From Bugula neritina (Eukaryota > Animalia > Bryozoa): DNA of 64,000 nt. Shown in pieces: positions 11,858 through 25,319 of the stretch (positions within the stretch are counted from its first letter, which is position 1; the number at the start of each line of letters is the position of its first letter). The stretch covers positions 14,374,642 through 14,438,641 of the forward strand of contig OZ037770.1 in NCBI GenBank assembly GCA_964035545.1, written 5' to 3'. The notes under the pieces are model-generated. The model saw only the letters and a list, made by a program, of their open reading frames with translations. It was not told the DNA's origin and did no database searches. The translations under genes and the position numbers were made by a program.

Positions 11858-14272
11858 CTAGTCATCTATACAAGATGCTTCTTTTTCCATGAAATATCTC
11901 CGAACTCCAGCAATACCCTCAAAACGTAAATTCTTTGGAGGTACCTTCAGTGCATGACAATCAACAAAGTGTAGTTCCTCTAACTTTTCCAAATTCAGTA
12001 TGGCCTTGTCAAAGGTGCGCAGTTTGAAGTTACCAAGAACAGAAAGACATATTAGGTTGGTGAGGCTGTATATTGGAGGAGGCAAAATTTTTAAGTTGTT
12101 GAAGTTGAGGATGAGATGTTCCAGTTTAGTTAGCCGGCTGAAACTAAAATCATAAACCAAACAATTTTATTTATTTAGTTCACATAACTGCTCCATTCTT
12201 TATTCAACCGTGACTCAAGTCTAATAGAACGTAGTTTAAACTATAATGGGGCACAACTCCGAAATCATATATATTTATCTTTTAACTTGTCTTGTAATGG
12301 ATAGTTAGGAGTTGACTTCCCAACACAGATAATTTTATTCATCTCCTATTAACTTCTGGGAAAACCTATTTAACTGTGAACAGAATTAAGCCAAGAACCT
12401 AGTATTCAATATGACACGTATTCTCACCTTTGTGGTAAATCAATAAGATCACACCTAGTCAAGTCTAAATGTACCAACTCGGTAAGTTCACAGACAACCA
12501 CAGGAAGTTGGTGGTTAGCAAACTTGTTTCGGGAAAGATCCAGCTCTCGGAGGTTCTTTAATGATGAAAAACTGCAAACAATTTTCATCTTGACAATAAA
12601 AATTAGAAAGAAAATTGTTTAATTCACATTACTTCTAATCAATTGCATTTAGTTGCATATAGAAAATGCCGAATAAGTATAATTATCTGAGTATGAAGTT
12701 GTGTAGGTTATGTGGATAAACTGATTGTACTAAGTGTGGATATATAGTAAGTGAATGAGACAAAGCTCCAGCAATAGAGGAGAAAAATTGCACACAAGAA
12801 ACTACCAAAAAAACAAGAAGTTGAAAAAGACAACAACAGAGTGAGAAAGAAACACATTGTGGGTTACTCAGTTCAAAGACAAAATTCAACACAGCGGTTG
12901 ATGTTGTTAGATTTTTCCTTCAAGATTGTTCCGAAAAGAGAGGTGTGAAGCATAATTATGTGAGCATTATTGTACAGGAAGTAGCTTTGTATCCAGAAAC
13001 TGACCTCCATGGTAACTCAGTGATATTCAACATTGAAAGGTAGAGGTGAGTAAGATTAGTCAACGAGGACACAACTTCTGGGTATCCTATATTGGTGCGG
13101 CATACCCGTAAAGAAAGAACTTGGAGATGTTTCAAAGAAGCTAAACTACAACATAAAAATAAAATTCAGTGATTGGAAACACTTATACTATGAAAGTTAG
13201 CATAACTTCTTTATAACTGGACTTGTTTTGACTGCCTTGAAAATGAATACAGCAGCAAAAGTTTATATTCCCCGCATTTAATTATGAAATATAGAGTTCT
13301 ACTTTCATAAATGTATTATTTGGGACAAAATTTTAAAGCTCAAATTTACTTCAAGTTACAATTTTTAAAAACATTAAATTATAGAGCGCTTTAAGACGAC
13401 ATAAAAAATTGTTGCATCACCTTTGCAGCTTTTCTGGAAGTTGAGGCAAAACGCACCCAAATAGGTAAAGTCCTTTGAGAGAGGTCAATTTAGAAAAGGC
13501 ATCAGGGAATCCGTTAGTGCTGAAGTCTGTGCTTTGTATCTCTAACTTGCAAATTTCTTTACAGTGCTCTATACTAAGCAAAAATACATCACAGGCAAAC
13601 CATCATTGGAATGCATACCAATCCTAAAATACTCCTAACAGAGTTTTAATTGGTTCAAAGCATCTAAGATGGAGAGTAACTGTCCCTTACAATTCAGTCA
13701 GTAAGAAAAATACTTAAACTGTAAAAAAAAACTAGAAAGACTGAATAATCAAAAATAGTTTAAACACAATCAAAGCGACAATGGTTTGACGAATAAATAA
13801 AACACCAGCTAGCTGTTGCAATAAACAAAGTCGCACTAACTTGCATGATTCAAAACATGTATCGACTGCAAATAAATGACTTACAAAGCTATATCATCAT
13901 CGGATCTAGAGGGCATATATATTCTGAGATGAGTGACACGGGGACAGATAACTTCCATGTTAGGTGCTACACCTGTTACTCCAACATGCATATGTGTTAT
14001 ATAATTTGATCCGATATCTTGAAGTATGGCTCTGTAATCTTTAACAGGTTTCATATTTGAGTTCAAGTCCCACGTGGCCTGAAATGGAGAGATTTCTGGA
14101 ATCTCATTTTCACCAGAATGCCTATACCAAGCCAAGAATTCTGAAACAAAGAAATATTATAAACATTTTGCCATCAGCCTGATAATGTTCAACACTAAAG
14201 GAAATGTTATAATACACCTTGTGGATTTTCTTCAACCCCTACTGTGTTCACTTCATGGGTCGAATCTGTCAT
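11858..14272 (-). CDS. LRR-only protein, paralog A (344 aa, 6 coding exons)
   Basis: Exons 14272-14218, 14140-13885, 13573-13421, 13145-13005, 12571-12428, 12143-11858 (1035 nt, GT-AG). LxxLxxLxLxxN repeats; C-cap LKVPPKNLRFEGIAGVRRYF; no signal peptide or TM segment seen. Confidence 0.88.
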
Positions 14273-14458
14273 AGCTTAGAATGATGCTGAGACAGTATAA
14301 AAATATGGCTAATCCAGATCTCCAACTACAAAAAGAATAGTTGCATGAAACTTCTACAAATAACAAAATGAAAACCAAACTGCTGTACAAATTTCAAGCA
14401 TGAAGTAAATTTTCTCGAAATTTAAGTTATCATTTGTTACGATTCTGATTATCGAAGA

Positions 14459-15820
14459 TTGAAGGCAAAGGCAAAGCCAAACAACTATAGGCCCGTATCC
14501 CTGACAAGTATTCCCTGTAAAATGATGGAGCACATCGTGCTTCATCACCTCAATGAAAAGCTTGACAGTGTGCTTCACCATCGACAGCATGGTTTTAGGA
14601 GAGGACTGTCCTGCCAAACTCAACTGTGTGTTACCTACCATGACCTAGTAAAAGCAGCCGATGAAGGGCATACTACCCATGCACTAGTTATGGATTTCAA
14701 AAAGGCTTTTGACAAGGTACCTCACCTTCTGTTGCTCCAAAAATTGCAAGAGATACCGGGTATAAATGGATACCTCCTTAACTGGATACTCAATTTTCTT
14801 TCCGACCGACAGCAGTCTGTTGTACTTAGAGGGGCAAGCTCTCAAAAGTGCCGAGTAACCTCAGGAGTGCCGCAGGGATCTGTGCTAAGCCCAATCCTGT
14901 TTTTGTGCTATATAAATGATCTTCCGGATTTGTTTTCATGTAAAGTCAGCCTCTATGCTAATGATACTCTACTTTACCAAACTGTGAACACCACTAAGGA
15001 TGCAGAACTATTCCAAACTGACATTAACGCTGTATATGAGTGGTCTCTAAAATGGAAAATGCCCTTCAATGAACAGAAATGCCAAGCAATTAATTTTGGT
15101 AAGGTAACCCCTATATCACACTACAAACTCGATACCACATGCCTTGCATGGGTACAAAGCACTAAATACCTTGGGGTAACCATCCAGTCAAACCTGAAAT
15201 TTGCTCAACACATAAATAACAAGTGTACCAAGTCCCGGAAAATTCTTGGCGGCATCAAGCATTTGATGTATGATGCCCCAAAAGATGCTAAGCTATTGGC
15301 TTATACAAGTCTATGTATAGGCCTATACTTGATTATGCAGATGTGGTTTGGGATCCTGCGGTTAGATGTAAGGTGCATGATATAGAGCTGGTCCAGAACA
15401 GTGCCATACGGTTCATAAGCAATATGAAGGGACGTGCTGACAGTGTTTCTGAGGCGAGGGATAAGTCAGGACTCCGGTCGCTGGAAGACAGACGAAAAAA
15501 TCATCGATTGTGTTTATTGACCCGAATTCTTCAAAATGAGGATCAACACCAATCTCTATCCAGAGCCTATGACAAAATAATTGAAGACAGGGAACGAGCG
15601 GCTGCCAGAGGAGAGCTTATCTCTATATCATCTAGGAAAAACTTATTCCACACTAGTTTTCTACCACGAACAATTCGTGAAATGCACGGAGAATATAATA
15701 ACTAATTACAAAACACCAAATGCTGTAACTAGTGCTAACCCTTGTCTAATGTAAGTTTTCACTAGAGGCTTCCCTGTAGACTTTCCAGTTGCTGCGGAAG
15801 TCCTACCTCAACTGAGGTAA
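14459..15820 (+). mobile_element. 5'-truncated, degenerate CR1/L2-group LINE (RT fragment)
   Basis: NYRPVSLTSIPCK, QHGFR, DFKKAFDKV, GVPQGSVLSP; catalytic motif reads YAND; frameshift near 15315 links ORFs 14459-15385 and 15313-15705; 3' hairpins ~15780-15820. Confidence 0.92.
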
Positions 15821-16730
15821 AGCCACTTTCACTTTGAGTTTTGGCTCTTACAGTTACTCTGACTCTCAACTACAATATGAATATCATTCTTAGAAAAATT
15901 AAAATGATTTTTCAATTAAATTAAATTAATTAATTAGAGATTCGAAGCTGGCATGCATATCAACTCCTAATCTTTAATAAATTATACCAATAATTAGTCA
16001 AGTAGATACTCCTACTACTATTGCTTCTAGTATTTAGTAGCTTGGCAGTTAACTCGGTAACTTGTAGGTAAAAGTAACGAACTAGCAGTATTGAAAATAT
16101 CGTCAAATTGCTGAGTGCAAGCTGCACGAAATAGCAGGAACCTGTGAAGCCACGCCTACTTTCACAGATCGTGGAAAAGTGTAAATAAAGCCATGTGGTT
16201 AGATCCAGGTGCAGTATAACTCTAAGAAAGGAAAGTCGTAACACATCTGCAAAGCTGACGTTGGTTAATAATTGTTTGTTCAAATATCTGTCTAGCTGAA
16301 TTGAATTTTCCAATAATGGTGCAACTATTGAGTTGACATAAGCTTCCTGTCTCAATGCTTAGCACTGTTTTGTCAACGACAATAATAATAGTGCTTCGTG
16401 GACATCTATGATCTAACCAGTAAAGGTCACTTTACTAATATTTTACTCCCAAAGTTTTCTTGCATTTCAGTCTTCAGACATTAATTATTGGAAAGTTGCC
16501 AATGAGACTTTCACTAATGACTTTCAACAACTTGACTAGAATACTTTTGTACCATCAGAAAATTCAAACCAAGTTAAATATGAAACTTATGCTGTTTTTT
16601 AAAGTGTTATATATTATGTCGTGAAATATTTTCAATAGAAAACATCATTGCAGTGTAAGATAATTTTGATTATGGCACAATTTCTAAAAAATAAATAATT
16701 TAAAAACATAAACGCTGATTGTTGAGCTTA

Positions 16731-19700
16731 TTATATATAGTCAGTCTCCTCTCTCTCGATAAAATATCTTCGAATTCCTGCGATACCCTCTGGATACAGG
16801 TCTGAAGGAGGACACGTTAGAGCTGGGCAATTGTCAAAGTACAGATCTGTTAAGTGATGCAGGTTTAGTATAGCTTTGTCAAGAGTGTGAAGTTCAAAGT
16901 TCACTTGTATAGAGAGAAATCTTAGGTTAGTGAGACGGTACACTGGAGGTGGTAAGATCTTTAGGTTGTTATGACTGAGATTCAAAGATTCCAGCTTCGT
17001 CAGTCGACTGAAACTAAAATTAAAAAAGATTTCAGCTTTTTTATCTGTTTAAAAATTGAACTTTTAATTCTAAAATTTCCTATTTAATAATTAAATTGAT
17101 TTAGATAGAAAAAAAATGTGTTACTCTTTTTAAAATATGCCTTGGGAATTGCTTTGAACCAGTTGCACAGTTTAACACATAAAAACTGTAATAACATGGT
17201 CAACTCAAAAGTAGTAATATTGTCAAAACTTTCTTCAGTTCATGAGATGACAGCTTACTGAAATAACTACTCACAAATCCATAAATTGTTACAACAATAA
17301 TAAAACAATATACTCAATATACAATAAAATGATCAAAGTGATAAATACAATGTCTTACCTTTGTGGTAGATCAATAAGATCACATTTCATCAAGTCTAAA
17401 TCCACCAACTCAGTAAGTTCACAGACAACCACAGGAAGTTGGTGGTTGGTGAACTTATTCCATGAAATATCTAGAACTTGCAGGTTCTTCAATGATGAAA
17501 AACTATTAAAAATATAATATAAATAAAATATAATATAATATAAAAGCTAACTGAAAAGTAATCTTGAAAATATACCTGATACACTACAAGCACCGTAAAA
17601 TTGATCAAACAATGAAACACGGTTATGTTTAAATTATTTGTCAGATAAAATTATTCACACTTATAGAAGGATAATTAATAGCAGTCTCACCTCCAAGGCA
17701 ACTCAGTGATGTTAAACATGGGAAGGTGTAGGTCAGTGAGTGTTGTCAAAGAGGAGACAACTTCGGGGTATCCCACAGTCAGCTCATCACCATGGATATA
17801 GAGGACTTTGAGATGTTTTAAAGATGACCAGCTGATGAAAAAGAAAATAATAATTAAAAAAGTTTTGACATATTTTAGCATATTAGAATAGCATTTAGTA
17901 TGTCATTGAATTATTGTGTTATATATTTAATAAAAAATATAGAGCAAGTTTTAGACTACATAGAGCTATTTTGTAGACTATATAGAGTAATGTTTAGACT
18001 ACATAGAACTATTTTGTAGACTATATAGAGTAATGTTTAGACTACATAGAACTATTTTGTAGACTATATAGAATAATGTTTAGACTACATAGAGCTATTT
18101 TGTAGACTATATAGAGTAATGTTTAGACTACATAGAGCTATTTTGTAGACTATATAGAGTAATGTTTAGACTACATAGAACTATGTTGTAGACTATATAG
18201 AGTAATGTTTAGAATACATAGAACTATGTTGTAGACTATATAGGGCTACTCTGTGTGTTATATAGAACCACCTTGCATACCCTTTAAAACAACTGTTTTC
18301 ATAGACCTTGTAGAACTATTATGCATATTTTACGGTCTTATTATTTTCTAGATAACCCAAAACTATCTATCTAACACAGTAAACTGTCTATAGTCTGTCA
18401 TCACTATTGCTATTATTAATCAAATTATTCTATCCAATTACTTCATTAATTCAATGAAACTGTTGAAGCGCTTAGAATGTAAAAAATGGCGCAATAGTCT
18501 TCACAAGTGACTCATAAAACTAAATATTATAGTGTAGTAATATTAAAATATCAAACTAAAAATTATCCACCAAAACAGCTTTTCAAAGGGAAATGACTGA
18601 TTTGAGTGACTCACCTTTCAGGAAGTTGAGGAACACGACAGGATCGGAGAATAATCTCTCTAAGAGAGGTCAATTTAGGTATGACCTCTGGAAAACCATT
18701 CCTTCGAAACTCTGCATTGTATATCTCTAGCTTATACAGCTCTTTGCAGTGCTCTAAACTATTCACCATAGAAAAAAATATACAAGATATGTTAGACCCA
18801 CCAGCAGTTGCAAGAGATTTATAAATGAGCAAGCCATTCTCAGAAGCCAATGAAATGTTATAAGGAAAACCTTAAAAAAACACATTTTATTTTTAACAAA
18901 CAAACAACAAAATTACCTATACATGTATATCAGCTTTAATCTTATTTTAAAAGTTTTCTTACTTCTAAGATACATAACAGAGTAATGACAATGTATAAAT
19001 TTAGCAAGGAAATTTTGCAGCCCAATATGTTAAGACAACTCTGAAACCATGTTAAAATGAGTTTTTGAAAAGCAATACTTTAAAAGCTTACCAATCTAAT
19101 TTACGTTCAGCAACCTCCAAGCAATAGACTCTAAGATGGGTGAGTCGTGGGGCAATGACCTCTAGAGGGGGTACCACATTAGTCACATTAACATACATGT
19201 GTGTGATATAATTAGACCGGATGTTGCGAAGGATAGCTCTATAGTCTTTAACAGTCTTCATATTATATCCGGTTTCCAGGATTGTGTTTCTAGAGGGTAT
19301 CTCTGGAATTTCATCTTGGCCAGAATGTCTATACCAAACCTGAAACTCTACAGAACACATGCCACTGCAGAAATAATTTGCAATTGTTGAAACTTGAATG
19401 CATCAATTTTTCCTTCTTTGCATAATCATTATTAAAAAATATTCCAGTGCAGTGCATTAACTATTCAGTTTATTGTTCTTTAAATAACCTAGTATTGACA
19501 ACATTTTTTACATGACATAACATTGAGTAACAATTGCTTATTAGCCTTATAACGTATTTATAAAATATCTGCATACGATTATAACAGCATATTCTACAAG
19601 TTGTGATGACAAAAATAATAATTGTAATATTATTTAAACTTTAACAATATTTTCAATAATATAAGAAATGGTTGAACATTTTCAACACATAAAATTAAGT

Positions 19701-19924
19701 ATAAATGATTCTAATATTTGGCTAAGGAAACTTGTCAGACTCACTTTTCATTTGCTGTTTATAAATCTGTAGGCAGCAGCCAACATGTTTGTCTATTTGT
19801 TATTTGAACGAGGGCAATATAATCACAGTTTACAAGTATAATAGAATTTAAAAAATTAAAAAGCTGCAAGATTTTGCTTTTTGATGGTAAAATTTTTACC
19901 TGGTTGCCTTTCAACTTCAGACAT
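16731..19924 (-). CDS. LRR-only protein, paralog B (330 aa, 6 coding exons)
   Basis: Exons 19924-19900, 19347-19092, 18758-18615, 17831-17691, 17502-17359, 17013-16731 (993 nt, GT-AG); same intron phases as A and C. First exon is the least certain. Confidence 0.85.
17945..18245. repeat. 42-bp (2 x 21) minisatellite in LRR-B intron 3
   Basis: Unit TTTAGACTACATAGARCTATTTTGTAGACTATATAGAGTAATG, ~7 copies. Confidence 0.93.
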
Positions 19925-21923
19925 ATCCAAATCCAAATAGCTCCTTCGATAGGCTCATCAAAGAAACAATAGGTATCACTACCTAGGTAATATTATTAAT
20001 AAACTGGATGATAATTCAAAGTAAATGAATAAATAATTTTTGCAGTTTTATACTCTGATTATTTAGCATCATCATTATGATAAAATTTATGATATTTGTT
20101 ATAATTTCCAAGCATAGGTAGAATAAAAGTACTAATATGTATTGAATTTGAATTATAATATATTACCAATTGACAGATAGAGTATACGCATAGAGTAAGA
20201 TAATAATGAAAATTGAAATAGTTGCCATAAAATAAAACTTCTCAACAGAAAAATAAAATGGACAATTAAAAGCCACGCTAACAGCAACAGTGATGTCTAA
20301 TAGTAGCACTAATTGTAATTTTAAGGTTAAGTTTAAGTTTTAGTTAAGCTAGTTTCAGTAATTTTAGACATATAATTAATTCTAATGACCATGAAATTGT
20401 TATTAAATTGCATAGCCAGCAAATTAGTAACTGTAAGCCACACCCACAGCTTGTCTGAAAGTGAATGTCTCAAATCCAACCAATTATTATTGAATTAATC
20501 TTATACTTATACTTATTGTAAATTGAAATTAGCAGAATAAGTGGTGTCTAGAAGTAGTACTACTGTACTAGGTATACTTCTAGAACTAGTACTAGTAGCA
20601 CTAGTACTCACAGTAGACGTAGTAGTAGACCGTAGACGTAGTACAACTCAGCAAGTCAAGTGAATAATTTTAGCACGTTGATTTCAGTCAAACGAATTTT
20701 AAGCACTAGTATTGAAAATTATCTAATTTCATGTTGATTTTATTTTTAGTATATCATTACAATAAAGGTAAATGATATGCATCTGCATTGGCCCACCTAA
20801 AATTGTCCGCTAACACTCAAGTTTTAACTTTTTCCTGGAACTTTGAAATAATTAGAAAGATTGGGGTCGCTAACCGGAATGCTGAAAGAACAAAAAATAT
20901 AATTGGTTGATCAAATATTTTAAGATTTTGAGTGCTTTTAATTGGTTAATCACTTTTAGCTTAGCAATGTTTTTTGATTAGTGTAGACTCGGTCATTTTT
21001 ATTAAACCCAGCGCGTATGCGCTTTAATTGAAACCTCACGCTATATTTAGTAGACACAGAACTTCAAAATTCTTCATTGCATGAAGTAGAAGCTCTGCAA
21101 ATCATGGGTTGTTCTTAGTATCTTAAAATGTAATACTAATACAGTTAATGCTCATTATAAAAATATGTTGAAAAATGCATAACTATTACTATCTAGATTC
21201 TAGGAGATGCGACTGAACTGCAACTGAATTACGGTTTCGCATGATTATTACTGTGAGTAAGACTATGAGTATGAGTGTGACTATCACTATCACTATGAGT
21301 ATGAGTATTAGTATAAGTATCTCGATCTGTAAGTGACTGAATTGCAGTGACTGTGAGTGTTATTGTTTTAATACTTCAGTCTGTAAATAACAATATTATC
21401 AATCTTAGTGCACATTTTTTTTATAATGAAATATTATTATAGTAAATGTAATACATGCTGTTGTTGTTTCAAAAACTATTGCATTGAAATATATTTACAT
21501 TTGCCTTTGCCCTTTCACTTTGGCTATAAATGTATAGAATTGCTATTAGATACAGCCATCATATTAGATTCCGAACATCCCCAACATGTATAGTCATAGT
21601 GTATATAATAATAATATTTATTTGTACATAAATATAATTGATAGTTTGTCTCATTAGATCAAATAGTTTCAACACTCAAAATCAGCAACATCAAAAACAT
21701 CGTAAAGTAAGACCCAAAATGCTATGAATAAAAACTTAGAGAATTTCCCAAGTTTGTTAATAATTCAAAACTCGAAATTTTTTGTTATTGCTATTAAGGT
21801 AGTTGAATTATACAATTTTAAGAACAATGATTTAATGTTTGCAATTTGTAGAAGTTTAAACTATCTCTAGTTTGAGATCTGGGTCAGCCCTACTTCTATA
21901 CAATCTCAGCATCATCCTAAGCT

Positions 21924-24559
21924 ATGACAGATTCGACCCATGAAGTGAACACAGTGGACGTGGTGGTTGAAGAAACTGGACAAGGTGTATTATAACATTT
22001 CCTTTAGTGTTGAATATTATCAGGCTGGTTTCAAAATGTTTATAATATTTTTTTGTTTCAGAATTCTTGGCTTGGTATAGGCATTCTGGTGAAAATGAGA
22101 TTCCAGAAATCTCTCCATTTCAGACCATGTCTGACTCGAGCTCAAATATGAAACCTGTTAAAGATTACAGAGCCATACTTCAAGATATTGGATCAAATTA
22201 TATAACACATATGCATGTTGAAGTAACAGGTGTGGCACCTAATATGGAAGTTATCTGTCCCCGTGTCACTCATCTCAGAATATATATGTGTGCTGGTTCT
22301 GATCCTAAAATAGATTTGTAAGTCATTTATTTATAGTTGATGACTTTTTTGCAACATGCAAGTTAGTGCGACTTTGTTTATTGCAACAGCTAGCTAGTGT
22401 TTTATTTATTTATCAATAAGTTCACTCAAACACTGGCCATTGTCACTTTGATTGTGTTTAAGCTATTTTTGATTCTTCTGTCTTTTTATTTTTTTCTCAC
22501 AGTTTTGAATATTAATTTACTTACCGACCGAATTGTAAGTGACTGTCAAGTCCTGTATTGTTTGTAAACTGTTATTCTCTGTTTTAGATTCTGTAAACCA
22601 ACTAAAAGTCAGTTATGAGTACTTAAGGATTGGTATGTTTTCTGATAATGATTTGTATTTTTGCATAGTGTAGAGCACTGTAAGGAAATCTGTAAGTTAG
22701 AAATATACCATGCAGAGTTCAGAACTAGTGGATTCCCTGATGTCTTTTCTAAATTGACCTCTCTCAAAGAGCTTTACCTAGATCGCTGCACTTTACCTCA
22801 ACTTCAGGAAGAGCTGCAAAGGTGAGGCAACGGTATTTTCATGCCGTCCGAAGCCATTCTAGAATGTAATGATTTTGAAAATTGTAACTTGAAAAAATAT
22901 TTCAAGCTGCAAAATTCTATAATAAGTATATTGATGAATAAAGAATTCTTTATCAAGTAATGCATATAATCAGTTCGTTAGCTAAATGCTCAAGTAATGA
23001 ACATCAGTAAATACAGAGTTCTACTGTTGTAAAGTATTAGGTAATCAATTAGTTTGCTGACTACAGGTAACTCAAACTAGAAATATAGGTCAATGTTAGT
23101 TAACTTTTAAAGCTTTGACTGTTACGAAATGATGTTTCCAAATACTGAAGTATTCTGTGTTGTAGTTTGGCTCCTTTAAAACATCTCAAAGTTCTGTCGA
23201 TAATAGGGAACCGCACTAATATAGGATACCCAGAAGTTGTGTCCTCGTTGACTAATCTCACTCACCTCTACCTTCCAATGTTGAATATTACTGAGTTACC
23301 ATGGAGGTGAGTTTCTGGGTACAAAGCTACTTCCTGTACAATAATGCTCACATAATTATGCTTCACATCTGTCTTTTCGGAACAATCTAGAAGGAAAAAT
23401 CTAACAACAACTAATGAAGACACATTAACCACTGTGTTGAATGTTGTCATTGAACTGAGTAACCCACAATGTGTTTCTTTCTCACTCTGTTGTTGTCTTT
23501 TTCAGCTTCTTGTTTTTTTGGTAGTTTCTTGTGTGCAATTTTTCTCCTCTATTGCTGGAGTTTTGTCTCATTCACTTACTATATATCCACACTTAGTACA
23601 ATCAGTTTATCCACATAACCTACACAACTTCATACTCAGATAATTATACTTATTCAACATTTTTCTAGATGCAAATTAATGCAAATGGTTAGAAGTAATG
23701 TGAATTAAACCATTTTCTCTCCAATTTTTATTCTCAACATGGAAATTATTTGTAGTTTTTCATCATTAAAGAACCTGAGAGAGCTATATCTTTCCCGAAA
23801 CAAGTTTGCTAACCACCAACTTCCTGTGGTTGTCTGTGAACTTACCGAGTTGGTACATTTAGACTTGACTATGTGTGATCTTATCGATTTACCACAAAGG
23901 TGAGAGAATATGTGTCATATTGAATACTAAAAATAAGTGTATGACAGTCTGGTTTGAGATTAGTTCTTCTATTTATAGTTGATATGCTTGATTGGCTGTT
24001 TTGATGCTTTTATAGTATCCAAGGACAGTCTAATTCTGTTCACTGTTTAAGTTTTCCCAGAAGTTAATAGGAGATGCATAAAATTATCTGTATTGGGAAG
24101 TCAACTCCTAACTATCCATTACAAGACAAGTTAAAAGATAAATATATATGATTTTGGAGTTGCGCCCCATTTCAGTTTAAACTACGTTCTATTAGACTTG
24201 AGTCACGGTTGAATATAGAATGAAGCAGGTGTAAAAACTAAATGCATAAAATTAATTTGGTTTATGATTTTAGTTTCAGCCGGCTAACTAAACTGGAGCA
24301 TCTTGACCTGAGCTTCAACAACTTGAAAATTCTGCCTCCTCCAATATACAGCCTCACCAACCTAATATTTCTTTCTGTTCCTGGTAATGTAAAAATGCGC
24401 ACCTTTGACAAGGCTATACTGAATTTGGAAAAGTTAGAGGAACTACACTTTGCTGATTGCCATGCACTGAAGGTACCTCCAAAGGATTTATGTTTTGAGG
24501 GCATTGCTGGAGTTCGGAGATATTTCATGGAAAGAGAAGCATCTCGTATAGATGACTAA
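21924..24559 (+). CDS. LRR-only protein, paralog C (346 aa, 6 coding exons)
   Basis: Exons 21924-21984, 22062-22317, 22669-22821, 23166-23306, 23756-23899, 24274-24559 (1041 nt, open, GT-AG). Confidence 0.88.
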
Positions 24560-25285
24560 GCTGTTACTAGTATCTTATATTCAGTCTATTTAATAGTTTG
24601 TGAGATGAAATCAAAAATATTGTGCGAGGCCCACTTCTATTAGCATTTGTAATACTATTTGTGGCGCAATTTTAGAGCGTCCGCATTCGATATTTGTAAA
24701 CCAAATTCTCTTTCTAATAGTCTCATAGAAGACACTTCGACTATGTGCAATATTTTATGTCATCTGTATTTTTTAAATAGTTTAGTTACGTCTTTTATTT
24801 AACCAAACTGTTGTTTTCAGATGATATGCATTTAAATAACACATATTTTATTTATCATAATAACATATTCTGGACACAAAACTGTTGCATTGGAGCATTC
24901 TGTAAGTCTGTAGCTTAGAATTATTGTTTGTGACCAATGGCATTCAATGACATAGGATACAATGTGAGAGAGCAATATATAACTAAGGTAGCTGTGTACA
25001 TGCTGTAAACTTGTTATCTCTTGTACACTAAGATTCTAGTTAAAGAGCTTAAATTTAGTATGCACATGCTGTAATTTCTAAGTGAATAAATTCTCATGCA
25101 ACTATTAAAATGCCCAGCATTTTCGTATAAGTGACGCCTTTTACTGACTAATGAAATGAAGTGATTTAATAATTATTATTTCTCTTATGTAGCAGTCATA
25201 AATTTAAAGTCACTTGCAAATAATAAGGGTTATCTAACGCCGAAAATTGGAGCGACAACTCCACAACTATAGCTTGTATTCTAAC

Positions 25286-25319
25286 CATTGAACTAGAAAA
25301 TAACAGTTCCAGTTCAATG
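25286..25319. mobile_element. 34-bp hairpin micro-element
   Basis: CATTGAACT...AGTTCAATG perfect 9-bp inverted ends; flanks ATTCTAAC / ATTCTATT; absent from the paralogous site near 11370; similar to 32751-32783. Confidence 0.65.

Larger units (their letters stand above)
11130..14360 (-). repeat. Left arm of inverted segmental duplication (partner 21845-25555)
   Basis: Reverse complement aligns through LRR exons, introns and 3' flank, e.g. 12683-12892 vs 23434-23643 nearly identical. Confidence 0.93.

Noticed and set aside
12683-12892. 69-aa ORF conserved at 23434-23643
   Set aside because: Lies in LRR intron 4 and has a non-ATG start; conservation is explained by the recent duplication/conversion.
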